From Antedon mediterranea (Eukaryota; Animalia; Echinodermata), in NCBI RefSeq assembly GCF_964355755.1, contig NC_092670.1, positions 6,128,201 to 6,192,200 of the forward strand: a stretch of DNA of 64,000 nucleotides, written 5' to 3'. The notes beneath the pieces were generated by a model. The model made no database searches. It was given only the letters and a program-made list of their open reading frames with translations, and was not told the DNA's origin. The position numbers and the translations under genes were made by a program. Positions 1 to 12,141 of this stretch are shown one piece after another. The stretch's first letter is position 1, and each line of letters opens with the position of its first letter.

Positions 1-959
1 CAAATTTATTTAGAGAGCTATAATTAAATATATTACCAAAAGAGATGTTTCTTCCTTATATACATATTTGAAGGTTTTAAACTACTTTTGAAAATTATCC
101 GCCATCGTAAATCCAACATAGGTTGTGTTTTGCTTATACAAAACATAAACTGACTATTTATCTCATATAAATATTTAATAGCAGAAATAGTTTTTGTCAG
201 TAGTAGAATTTTGGAATTTGAGTAAAGAAAAAAAACATGGCTGAATCACTTATTCCTAATCACTTCCTATTAAAAATCTCATTTGTTTAATCATAATAAA
301 TGATTATAGATTAATTACTATTTGCTATGCAAACATTGATCTAGATCAACTTCCTTGTGGTAATCTCATGCATAGCGTACTGTCAGTCGTGAATTTCAAT
401 TTATTTCAAGCTTACAAGCAATTTTGTATTTTACAAATATTCAATATATTCCAATTTAAAATATAAGGAAATAAATAAATAAACTTTAAAAAAGTAAATA
501 GACCCAATAAATAAATTGTTGCTCTGAAGATGTTGCCATTATTTGCACCCCTGACAACATAGTAGGTACAAAAACTAGATTTCAGGGGTGGGGGAATTTA
601 AATACAATTCAAGGTTTTGATGGAATAAGAGACAATGTAATTTTACAGATTGACATATTGACATATTGTATGTACATGAAGGGTAACTCAAATAACATAT
701 ACATTAATTGCTTACAAGTTCACACACACATTATATCTTTTGTCAATCTTTTCTTTTTTTCTTTTTTTTGGGTAAATTATACAAAATGAAAATCCTAGTA
801 AGTATGGCAATAAATTATAAGGAATGAAAGAGGAAACCCAAGATGTAATATCAATTGCCAAATTCCAATTGTGAATAATAATAATAATAATTAAATACAC
901 ATTATACTAATTCTAACACTACAAGAACACACACATCATATCAAACATTCATAGTGACT

Positions 960-1064
960 AACTATCACTTATGTACTTCTTATTGAAATAATCTAATACA
1001 CTATCAGTATTTGAATAATGTGAATCGATTTGAGCAGTTTAACATCAACTTTGTCCATGAGAAG
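960..1064 (+). pseudogene. Degenerate tandem duplicate of the intron end and first ~14 codons of the 1164 exon
   Basis: gtgaatcgatttgagcagtttaacatcaactttgtccatgagaag (1020-1064) copies 1164-1208; the upstream flanks (ctatcactt...tatca.tatttgaata) also align; the cag acceptor is missing in this copy. Confidence 0.8.
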
Positions 1065-1163
1065 ATCAAAATCATATTGACCAAGAGTATATTGACCAAG
1101 GGCTATCACTTGCCTACTTTATTTACATATTCTAACATAATATCAATATTTGAATATACACAG

Positions 1164-1331
1164 GTGAATCGATTTGAGCAGTTCAACATCAACTTTGCCA
1201 ATGAGAAGCTGCAAGAGTATTTCAACAAACACATCTTCTCTCTTGAACAACATGAATACAACGCAGAAGGCCTAGATTGGGTTGACATTGATTGGCAAGA
1301 CAATGGAGAATGTCTTGATCTTATTGTTAGG
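1164..1331 (+). CDS. MYO10: Myosin-X exon, motor domain (relay region)
   Basis: cag|GTG acceptor, AGG|gtaag donor; VNRFEQFNINFANEKLQEYFNKHIFSLEQHEY...CLDLIVR; phase 0-0. Confidence 0.95.
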
Positions 1332-2073
1332 GTAAGAGCTTATCAATGTAGTGTACATCATTAAACACAAAAACACAAAACCATTCTGCCACAGCATAGG
1401 AAAATAACACAACATAGTGAAAAACATCATGTTGCGATATGAGAGATGTAACTGATAATAATACTTCATTCATCATTGTTTAAAAGTTTAAATTTGTTTT
1501 TAAAATTCACCTTTTTGACTATTTTACTTTTTGTGCTGTGCTGTGAAACCTTTTGGTAAAGAGCACCTTTTAAATATTCAGATTTTTATTATTATTTAGT
1601 TACTATTCTTGTAGCCGTCTTCTTCTGAAGACACATGGTCGTCATTGAAAGATACATATATTGGATGAGAATAAATTAAGAATCCTGCATATCTAAATTA
1701 ACAAATTCTTTTTCAATTTCTACTAATGTAATTAAAAACCAATAATGAAAACAAACCAAAACAAGGAAATAAAATCCAATTTCTGAGAAAATATATTACA
1801 ACCATTTCAATGGACAGCCTGTCTCACATATCAGCCAAGTGCCACTTGCTTACCTTTTCATGGCAGGGCAGTGCCACTCATACATATTCATGAAGTACCT
1901 CTCTATGTTACTGAGTGTAGTTTACATCCGGTTTTGTTTGAGAAACTGATTTCACAGTTTATTCCAAATCCAGACAGATAATAATGAACAACAGTTCTTA
2001 GTAAGTTTTAGGCACATTCAATCTACCATTCTTAATAAAATATTTTAAATAACAATCTTTGTCTTGCACACAG

Positions 2074-2166
2074 AAACTTGGATTGTTATCCTTGATAGAT
2101 GAAGAAAGTCGATTTCCCAAAGGAACTGATGGAACCATGTTGGACAAGCTTCATAGCAACCATGCT
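2074..2166 (+). CDS. MYO10: Myosin-X exon, motor domain
   Basis: cag|AAA...GCT|gtatgt; [31 protein letters not shown]. Confidence 0.95.
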
Positions 2167-2444
2167 GTATGTATTTACTCTCTTCTCTAGATATACCATG
2201 CTTTGAAATACAGACAATTACTGAATGAAAAACTTTTTTATATGCTACCCCAGTATATACATTTCTGTGACATTCACTTAATTCGGATTTTCTTTGTCTA
2301 CATTTGAATTCTGAATCTGGGCCACTGTTGCCCATCTTTCTTTTCTGAAGTATTAATTACAATTAGGTATACATGATTGTCACAAAAAATCAATCTTCTT
2401 CCAAGCTAATGATATGTAGTGACTTCATACTTAAACTTCATAAT

Positions 2445-2571
2445 GATAACAAAATGTGATGTGCCCATATATGGACATGATGATGTCATATCACTACCAT
2501 ATTTAAGCATATCATTACCATATTTGGGCATATTTTTTGTTGTCAAACTGGTTTAATATTATACAGAGCTT
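2445..2571. mobile_element. MITE family A degenerate copy
   Basis: gtgatgtgcccatatatggacatgatgatgtcatatcactaccatatttaagc...tgtcaaactggttt...acagagctt. Confidence 0.7.
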
Positions 2572-2703
2572 TAGAGTTGTGCAATGAGACTGATAAGAAA
2601 CTTTATTTTATTTGAAGTTTTTGTGAACTGAAAAATAGAAGAAAACGATGGTTTAAGTAGATTTGAGTTAATTTTTATGAAAATGTATTCTGTATCTCCA
2701 CAG

Positions 2704-2855
2704 AAAAATGGGTTCTATATCAAGCCCCGTGTGAACAATTCTAAGTTTGGGATCAAGCATTATGCTGGTGATGTATTTTATGAGACAACCGGCTTCCTAG
2801 AGAAAAACAGAGATACATTCAGAGATGAGATGCTGACAACAATAAAAGAAAGCAG
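2704..2855 (+). CDS. MYO10: Myosin-X exon, motor domain
   Basis: cag|AAA...AG|gtttg; KNGFYIKPRV...FGIKHYAGDVFYETTGFLEKNRDTFR. Confidence 0.95.
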
Positions 2856-3417
2856 GTTTGTATATTGTTTAATCATGGGCATTTTGAAATACACTGTGAA
2901 TATAATCGAATCTTCAGGACCCAGAATTGGCATTGGTGGTAGTGGTAATACATGACATCATTTCTACAGTACTGCAAAGGGAATTCATGTGTGCCATTAA
3001 CTCTCCCAAGTCTAAACTTTCATTCGTCCACAACCTTACAATTGTGTTGTTAACATTGTATTTTTGTTTAATAAAAAAATGTTAAATAAAATAAGTTGAT
3101 CTGGCTCTATGGTTAAATTAAGTTGAATTAAATTGAACTCCCTGAAAATCTTTAATTTCAATTTCTATTTATTTCCACAATATAACAACAAGTATATAAT
3201 ATAAATAGCATTATGAGAAAATAGTAAATAGATAAATGTGAATAAAAATACAATGAAAAAGTAGCTCAGTGATGTGGAGGGAGAGTTAGAAATAATTCTA
3301 ACTTACTATATATGACCAGTTCAAGGTGCTGACTGTAATGTGCAAGGACCCGCTAGAATAATATATTTATGTTGTTTTCAAAAAATAAATCAAATATTCT
3401 TTATATATTTTTTATAG

Positions 3418-3601
3418 GTCTGACTTCATATATGACTTGTTTGAAGACATGCAGGAATCATCTCAACCAAATGCCGCAAAGAAGAACAGAAAGAAACCAA
3501 CCGTTAGCTCACAATTTCAAGAATCTCTCCACTCCCTCATGTCCACACTGAGTGCTTGCAATCCTTACTTTGTACGCTGCATTAAACCAAATTCCACAAA
3601 G
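3418..3601 (+). CDS. MYO10: Myosin-X exon, motor domain (loop 2 / actin-binding)
   Basis: tag|G...AAG|gtatgt; SDFIYDLFE...KKPTVSSQFQESLHSLMSTLSACNPYFVRCIKPN. Confidence 0.95.
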
Positions 3602-3782
3602 GTATGTAAGTTTATTGAGTTGCTTTCTAGTCAAAAATCAAACAGGATTTTCGATGGTCGGATTCCTGCTTGATCCCGGCGCAATCCCACTTTATCGTTC
3701 CAGAAATCCCGGCGGTCAGGGTTCTATAAATAGTAATTGTGCCATATAACTTTAGTTTTTTATGGTATGTTTCTATCTTCAG

Positions 3783-3907
3783 GCTCCTAATGCATTTGAA
3801 AAAACTTTAACTCTCAATCAACTGCGATATTCTGGTATGTTAGAAACGGTCAAGATCAGACGGGCAGGCTTTCCTGTTAGAAGGTTATTTGATGACTTTG
3901 TTAGAAG
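3783..3907 (+). CDS. MYO10: Myosin-X exon, motor domain (SH helices)
   Basis: cag|GCT...AG|gtaag; APNAFEKTLTLNQLRYSGMLETVKIRRAGFPVRRLFDDFVR. Confidence 0.95.
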
Positions 3908-4336
3908 GTAAGAGGAATAGATTTTGGTAAATGTTAATGTTCTTTATGTTTCATTCACAAATACCTACTTTCCTATGATAATGCGTTTCCATGATGCTCA
4001 AGCAAGTAGTAGTTAGTTATAAACTATTTTAAATGCTGCACAGGATGGTGTTATTGCTTTCAATTCTCTGAATTCGTGACTGATTAAAATTCTTTATTTT
4101 ACTCTGAAAAACAATAAATATCAATTGTCATCTATGTAGTCTGGTTTCTGAGAGTATAGGCAGGATAGGAATTTGTGATCATGCTTTGAATGCTCAATTT
4201 GTAACAGTCACGGTTTTAGTTACTGGGTCGGTAAAATTGATCCTAAATTTAATTTCTAACGGTTTCCATTAGACTGTTATTTAAATTTATTTTAACATAT
4301 TTTAACCAATGTTTAACCACTTTTCTTGTTCATTAG

Positions 4337-4558
4337 GTACCGACCATTATTAGGCAAAGATACACAATCATCGCACTCTCAACACAAATGTATTTCCTTA
4401 CTGTCATCATACGAATCCACAAACCAGAAATGGCAAATAGGTCGCACTAAGGTCTTTCTGAAGGAGGACTTGGAGATCAAACTAGAGCGGGATCGTGCTG
4501 AGAGGGTGGAGACCCTTGTTACAAAAGCAAAGGCATGCTTTAAAGGCTACAGAGCAAG
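4337..4558 (+). CDS. MYO10: Myosin-X exon, converter and IQ1
   Basis: tag|G...AG|gtacg; YRPLL...WQIGRTKVFLKEDLE...KACFKGYRAR. Confidence 0.93.
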
Positions 4559-4866
4559 GTACGTTTAAACATTTAAAAAATGAATTATGATTTTATTCAA
4601 TCTATTTTTTTTCTTTTATACACATCCAGCAGCAAGTAACTCAGTATTACAAGATGAATGAACCATATCCATCATGCTTTTAAATCTCATTTGAGGTTAA
4701 AGTTAGGTTCCCACAATAAAAACTATCAATAAGTATTATTATTAAAATATCAGTAATTATGTTATATGACATTATAGCATTGTTATAGCATCTTAATGGA
4801 TTGACAAAAAACTTGAGCAATTGAGAAGTGAGCCCTCTATCACATTGCAAATATTGATATATATAT

Positions 4867-5044
4867 ATTTTGCAAAGAACGCTCGTTGAGCTTGTGCACT
4901 CTTTGTGTTCATAATCAGTGTACCATGTCCCGCATACCTGGCTCAGCCTATATATTGTGCCAGTTCTGCGGTACATTTCATTTCGAAACCTGAGCTGCAC
5001 TGACGAGATCTAATAAGATCGAAACAGTACTGTCTGCAGATTGG
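4867..5044 (+). mobile_element. Hammerhead-bearing non-autonomous retroelement fragment (Penelope-like/retrozyme), copy 1, in (TA)n
   Basis: 178 bp with 3 substitutions versus 49108-49285; TA-repeat flanks on both sides; ends just after the hammerhead. Confidence 0.8.
4995..5039 (+). ncRNA. Type I hammerhead ribozyme (copy 1)
   Basis: Stem I CTGCA (4995-4999)/TGCAG (5035-5039); CTGACGA core; stem II GATC-TAATAA-GATC; GAAA; palindromic stem III ACAGTACTGT; GTC cleavage triplet ending at 5034. Confidence 0.9.
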
Positions 5045-6949
5045 CTATATATCTATATATAAATTTACGTAAGGGCAAAATTCGGTAAATCGCGCCTTAC
5101 TTCTAGAATTTTTACTCGATGGTATATACAGTTGGTTCGTACTTTCGGTACTGATTTTAACCACCTGATGTAACCCTGTTTACTAATTAAATTAAGTTAG
5201 ATAATTAGTTATTGACGATTAAAACGAATTTAGGTTCAACGATTTGCCCCAAATAGGGGTGTTTTCCGATCGTGGTATACACTGTCTAATGAATGTCCAT
5301 GGAAAAATACCCGCATACAATAATACGAGGATGATTCGCATTTTCCTATCTCCTCCTACAATAATTGTTTTTAATGGCTGAAAACGGGTTGAACAGCTCG
5401 AGTACAGTATCATAATGTTGAAGACAGGCCGATTTTCTTAAAAAAATAATATTTTGATAGATTTAATATACGTTTATACAAATGTATTGATTTGCGATGA
5501 ATGGAACATTCCAATCTCTGTTCGACAAGTTTCTCTCTGTTCCACAAGTGTCTATTCCCTCATGCGTCGTAAAGGCAAGTACTGTATACTCATAACAGAA
5601 ATTCGATCCATTTTTTTTTCAATCTGTACTGCAGAGGTTGGATATAGATTTTTTTAAACGAATAATGAGCTAGCGTTTTCAGTCGCCGTATATTATGTAC
5701 AAATCTTTATTATTGCAGTTAAACCACCCGCATCATCACCCTTCCCTCACTGGCATGAGTAGTAGTAGTAACTAATTAAGTTGAGTTAGATAATTTAATA
5801 TTTATTGACGATCTTAAATCGAATTTATAATTTGCCCCGAATAGAGGTGGTTTTCACAAATTGTTTTACATTATATAAACATATACACGTCGTAGTGATG
5901 TATCGTTACATGTACTGTACACTTTCAATCGACTAGGACGGTGATAGTTTCAACAAAGTATTACATCGCAATGGTTTACTGTGTTTAGTGGTATATTATT
6001 TGTAAAACATGAAAACAATTAATATTTCCTTACTAAATGGGATAAAGAATATATTTAAAAATTTTTCCTCCTTGCACCCATCCTCTTCCCCATCCCTCAA
6101 CACTAATGTTACATACAAAACACAACTTATTAAGTTTTAAACAGTTTCTCTTGCGGAAGGAATTCCCAGGGTGCTAATTTTAGTTGAGTACATAAATCAA
6201 AGTGTCTATTTATTCGTTCCTGCAATACGTACATTTGAAATCGCCAGTGTTTTAACGCTGAAATTATTATGTATTCAAGAACCATCTGTGGGCACGACCT
6301 AGATGGTACGCGAGCGAAGCGATATATATATATATATTTAATATTGAAGATAATCAATTACTAAGCAAAAAGCGCATGTTCCACACTTAATGTGGATGTA
6401 TCTTTTAAACTAGGGTGCATGATGTGTGCATGCAAGGTTATTATGACATGTTTCCTCCCTCCCCACCTCGATCCATTTTGATGCTTTAGAGGCAAAAATC
6501 GATGACACATCGATTGACCTGACCTGGGTAGGTCGTTGGTCTTTGCAAAACAAATCTCCATATTCTTTGTGGTTCTTGACCTTTGGCTTTCATTAGAGGT
6601 TGCCTACATTTTGAATGATTTACATTAATATAATAAAACCTATTATCATCATCGTACATGCTAAATGTATCTGGCATTAAGTTTATCTGTTGTATTATGA
6701 TCTGACCCTTGCAGCCTCATGGTTAAGTTCTGTGTGATAGTTTCTATGTTCAATTCAAGCCAGAGGTCATTTTAGCATCCACGTGTATTGAATATTTATG
6801 AACAAGATTGTTACACTTTTATTTACAATGATTTATGAAATAATGAATGCATTTATCAATACGACTAGCTTTTATCAAAGCCCTAGTGGCTTAATGGAAA
6901 GACTATATTCTAATTATATTTAATAAAGTTGAAGTTCAATCTCCTTTAA

Positions 6950-7635
6950 GTTTCTGAGCCATTGGGAGTTTGTGAATCCTCAGGAAGTTTCTGACATCCT
7001 TAGATTTCTAGTCCCCTCACTTGTAAACTGCATTAGGAACTCACAATTTTTGACCACTGGGAGTTTAAACATCCTCAGGAAGTTTCTGATATCTTAAGTT
7101 TAGTGTAATGATCCCCACATTTGTACACTGCATTTGTACTAAACTCACCATTCTGTTTTTGGCCAATGGGAGTTTAAAATCCTCAGTAGGTTTTTGATAT
7201 CTTAAGTTTAGTGTAGCCCCTACATGTGTACCCTGCATTATAGGTACTGAACTCACCATTCAAGTTTGTGATATTCTGTGTAGTCCTCACATTTGTATAC
7301 TGTACCATTATAGGTAATACAGTACTGCACTCCCCATTCTGTTTCTGACCCACTGGGGAGTAAGAATCCTCGGGACGTTTGTGATATCCTAAGATTTGTA
7401 GTCTCTCCTTATAGTTCTATACTGAACTCATCTTTCTGTTTCTGATATCTTAAGTTTATTGTAGTCACCAAATTTGTACACTGTATGTACCTGGTACTGC
7501 ACTCACCATTCTGTTTTCTATGGACCATGAGAGTTTATAAATCATGAGGAAGTTTAAAATGTGAAATGTCCTGACCCAATGGGGATTTAAAGAATCTTTA
7601 GGAAGTTTGTGATATCCTGTGTAGTCCCCACATTC
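6950..7635. repeat. Degenerate tandem repeat, ~100-bp unit
   Basis: Recurrent tgggagttt..aatcctcaggaagtttctgatatcttaagtt..gtagtccccacatttgtacactg..actcaccattctgttt. Confidence 0.8.
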
Positions 7636-8752
7636 TATTACTAAAAAGATTAAAGATATATTGTCTCCCTGAATTTTTTTTTATGTTTTTGTTGAATATG
7701 ACATTTTAATGTCACATAAATAGTAATTAACTTTGACCAAAAATTGAATCACAAAAAGAATTTACAGAATGACACCACAAGTTTAATCTAGCTGCGATTT
7801 TCTTTTTCCATGCGTGTTTGCTTTATTTCTTTGATTCGCATGAGTGCTCATTTCCTGAGCTTTGATTGGTTGCGCAAACTCTACTAATTTTCGCTGAAAA
7901 ACTCAGAGAACTAAGATTCAGGGTTGGGAAGATGGAAATATGAATAAACAGGCATATACTGACACTTTCAAATTTGACTAGTGCAAAACAGGTTTGAGGT
8001 TTCAATCTCACCACATCATAGAATCTGTGGTTTAGTCTAATTAAACATCCGACAAATATAGACAGTTGAAGTCATTTTTGTTTTTCCTACATTTCCTTGT
8101 ATAGTGTTTCTGCATTTCCTTAAGAACTAGCGGATGTTCCTTCATACATGAACATCGCACAATTGTGTCTGTTTGAACTTGTTAGCACCTGTTCCTAATC
8201 TAGAATGAAGTAGAAAAACTTCTGCAGTGTCTAAAAATAGATTAGCAGAAGAATCCTCCTGTGTGTACAACCCCTACCTTCAATGCTGAGGAAGACTAGA
8301 GAACCGCATTACATAAGTTGCCTCCAGGGACATGTGTCTAAGCAGCTCTATCCTCTGTTATGTAATTTTTATGTTAAGGATGACTCGTCAATATCTTATG
8401 CAAAATTATAGTTTATAAATAGAAAATTGAAAACGAATCAAGTATATTAATTTTTAACTCGAATTCATGTTACAAATATTTTTTTAAAGTATTACCGGTA
8501 TTGTTTTTTTTTTGCTTGTTAATTTTTTTCCCATTGGAAATAAGTTCATCAGGATTTTTATGAGCTACCTGTAGTCTTTCTCAGCTTATTGAATATTTTG
8601 TACATTCTGATGTCCTTTGATATTTTGTTTTTATTGTAATTGTATAATATATCCATATCTTTAATATATATATTTTTTTTTTACTGAGATGATTTATGTA
8701 TTGTACTATGAACTTACTATGAATTTACATGTTTTTTCTTATTATATTTCAG

Positions 8753-8807
8753 GAAAGCATACAAGGCGACAGTTGCAAAGATAGTGTTTGTACAAAAGTA
8801 CTGTAGG
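8753..8807 (+). CDS. MYO10: Myosin-X exon, IQ2
   Basis: polypyrimidine-cag|G...AGG|gtaagt; KAYKATVAKIVFVQKYCR; bridges phase 2 to phase 0 as required. Confidence 0.9.
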
Positions 8808-11800
8808 GTAAGTATTAAAAAAAAGTGCATTCATTCCTATGATATAAGGGCTTTACCATTATCGCTAGTTCAACTAGTTAGTTAGTTAGTTTTTTATGCA
8901 GCAGTAGTAGACAGAAGAATCTTGGATATGGCAATTAATGAAGTTAATTTTAAAGCTTGTGAAGATTAATTGAATCAAACATTGGATTGTCCAATTATTG
9001 TCAGATGATGTTTAATGGAAAATGAAATTCTAAAATCTAACACAGTTCACAGTGTAGAAGAGGCTACATGTTTGCAGTTGACTGTTCAAAACAGTTGGCA
9101 TTCCCAGGCTTTTGAGAGGTGAACATATCCCCTATTCCTATTTAAAGTTTCACATGTGCTTGGCTATACTCAACAACATATAAAGTATCTTCTTTATAAA
9201 ACAATATGTAGATCAAAAAGGAATATTTTTAATTAATTAATTAATAGTATGAACAGAAAAGCCTTCAAAAACATGAACAATCTCCCCCCCCCCCCCCTCC
9301 CCCCATGGCACAATATATGAGTCACTTATATAGACTTAATGTGAACATGTATCAATAAGGATATGATTTTCCTAACTGTGGAAATAAATCTATTGAAACA
9401 CTCCCGACTTGTGGCAGCCATCCAAAAACATTTATCAAGCCATGAGGAATAGATTGACAAATAAGGCCTAAACTTAGCAAGCCTCTTATATGTAATTTAC
9501 AACGTCCGCGTACTTGACATATACATCTATATCATATGCTTACAGAAGTAATGATATAATGTCTGTAATTTGCAAATATCTATATCCATATTCAAGTCTT
9601 ACAGATTATTTTGTTTACAGTTTTTTATATAAGGTTAGCTGTGTTTCTGAAAATCGCAACATTATAAATTCAATTTATCATTATTTTATTAGATATTATA
9701 GCTCATTTAAATGTAAGTTCACATACGTTAGAGATATATGACGATAATGTTTGGATTATGAAAATTAAATTATGAAGTAATCCTGTTTTCCCACAGAAAA
9801 CAAATTAATGTTTTGATATCGTATCGATATTATATTGGTAAAATTTAAATCTAATATTTTCTGAATGAATGCCAAATTTGTTTTGAAATTTTAATAAACA
9901 ATAAAATAAAAACATGATATTTAAATTTCATAGTGAATTAACTTCTCACTCGCTTCAAACTTTTACTTTTGACTTCAACAAAATGTGCATAATGATGATG
10001 TAATTTAGTTTGATCTATTTCAATATCCTAAAAAATAATAAATTTTAATATAAACAAAATATACAAGTCATCCCAGGGCACAGTTAGTTTCCATTTAATT
10101 TGGCTGTCTCAATGCTTAAGGTTATTCAGTCAATTCGCAGCATGCCATAAAGACGCCTGTTATCGCATTTCGTGAGGGTACTGACTTTGGGAAGCTTTGT
10201 GGTTTTTACAAGAAATACTTCAGAGAGGTTTATTTGTTGTCGAGGTATAATCTCTGTGCATTTGGTAAACAGGGGCTGATCCTTACATACTGTATTAATA
10301 ATAGTCTGTCAAAAATAGATATCAAACGGTACTGTAGTTCATAACTTCATTTTAGCTGTCAAAGGTCAAAGTACAACCACTTGGATCTGCCCCTGGTAAA
10401 AAAACAATGTGTTTGAGGGGCTCTCAAAGAAATCCTTTTTCCCTACTCTTTTTCTTATTAATTGTTGTTTTTGCAGTATATGTATACATAGAGAGATGAC
10501 AGAATGGACAAAACTCATATTTATAATTAATTACTTATAAAAATAATTTAATGAATGAAATGTATAATGTTAAATTAGCAAATTCAGTTGTTAACTGCAG
10601 AGTAATTTACCAGCATAGTTAGCATGATTCACAATCACTTTGACAGACTTTTAAAGGAAGCAAGGGTTTTGTCAAGATTACCATGCAATTAACTTTTTAC
10701 CAGGTATGGTAAAAATAAAAAAAAGGACTTTAAATAAATAACGTTGGAAAGGATGCAACACTTTTCTAGGTTGAAATTGGTAATTTTTTATATTTTTATT
10801 TACACAAAGCAAACAAGCCCCTTGATTTATTGATGTATTCAAAGTGATTTGAAGCAAATTTTTACCTTAATATGTTTGTCTAGAAATGTTTGACAAATCA
10901 CAGCTGACAGATTACGTAACATAGTATGAACACATAGTTTCTTTTGTACAGTGCAATCTTATTCTGCCTAACTTTAGTCAACCAATTGAAATTGGATTGC
11001 ACTGGACTTGGTCAATCAGTCACAGGCTAATGTAGTTGACCAAAAAAGATTCCAATACGAATGCTGGCTAAAATTCCCTTTGAACTAATTTAACCAAACT
11101 TAACAGTAATCCCCAAATAACAGCCATCTTAAGAAAGCCTTCTAGAAAGATATCCCTTCACTATTATATTTTTGACACATATACTGTATCACTGTATAGG
11201 TTTATACCTTATATATTGTAGTTTTCCTGTGAGTATGTGTTAGGCCTGTGTGTTCACGATGCTCCATGCTGTCTGACCCAAGTAATTTGATTGAACTTTG
11301 GCATTTGCAGTTTTCTTTCTTTTTTGATATTTTAGATAACATTTTTAAGAATCATAATACAAATTTTAAAATATATATTTTTATTAATAATTATTAATAA
11401 TCATTTTATTAAACCAAAATTAATCTTTTATTCTCAAAATAGCATTTTGCTATACAAGTTACCCATCTCAAGAAAATGTCTATACCCCACTCCACTTTTT
11501 CCATTTCTTTCAAATCCTATTAATGGACCAATAAGAAAATTATATTTAAAAACTTTACACATGCCCTATCCAATCAGAAATGAGTATATAGGTCATTGAC
11601 CAATCAATTTGATCCAGGCTAGTCTGTGCGGCAATTCTCGAACTAAGTGTGCGTAGTCAGGAAATAAGTTGATATAAATAGTTTTCAAACAACTATCGCT
11701 TCTGTGACATTTTCAAATGATTGCGTTGATGGAATTCAGTTGCTGAGAGCAAGATAAAAGTTTGCATAATACAGAAAGTTTTGATAGGTGTTAGAAAGCT

Positions 11801-11968
11801 TGAGGCATCCCAAGGATTGGGAGCTTCTTTATGAAGTCACACCAGCAAATATTACATGTTTTACCTTGAATAGTGCATCAATATTGTAAACAATTTTAAA
11901 AAATGATTTTATTAGAAGAAGAATGCATATCTTATGTTTCTCTACTCGATTGTTACCTTGAATCGCAG

Positions 11969-12141
11969 ATGTACCGACAGAGACGTCGATTTCTCAACCT
12001 CAAAGATGCCACCATTACTTTGCAAAGGTATGAGAGAGGCCGTAAGGCACGTCAACTCTTCCATGTGATGATGGAGGAAAGAAGGATGGAAGAAGAACGA
12101 AAACGAGAAGAGCAGCGAAGAAGAGCTGAGGAAGAGCAAAG
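11969..12141 (+). CDS. MYO10: Myosin-X exon, IQ3 and start of SAH
   Basis: cag|ATG...AG|gtttg; MYRQRRRFLNLKDATITLQRYERGRKARQLF...EEERKREEQRRRAEEEQ. Confidence 0.92.

Noticed and set aside
523-565. CTGAAGA followed by tgttg...caaca hairpin
   Set aside because: No GAAA or cleavage triplet after the stem, so not a hammerhead
1620-1660. ctgaagacacatggtcgtcattgaaagatac as a hammerhead
   Set aside because: CTGAAGA and GAAA are present, but stems I-III do not pair convincingly; at best a heavily decayed remnant
4680-5000. 106-aa minus-strand ORF
   Set aside because: Spans the antisense of the hammerhead element and the TA tract; no recognisable domain
6950-7635. Repeat array as a CRISPR locus
   Set aside because: Eukaryotic intron; the units are degenerate along their full length with no unique spacers and no cas genes
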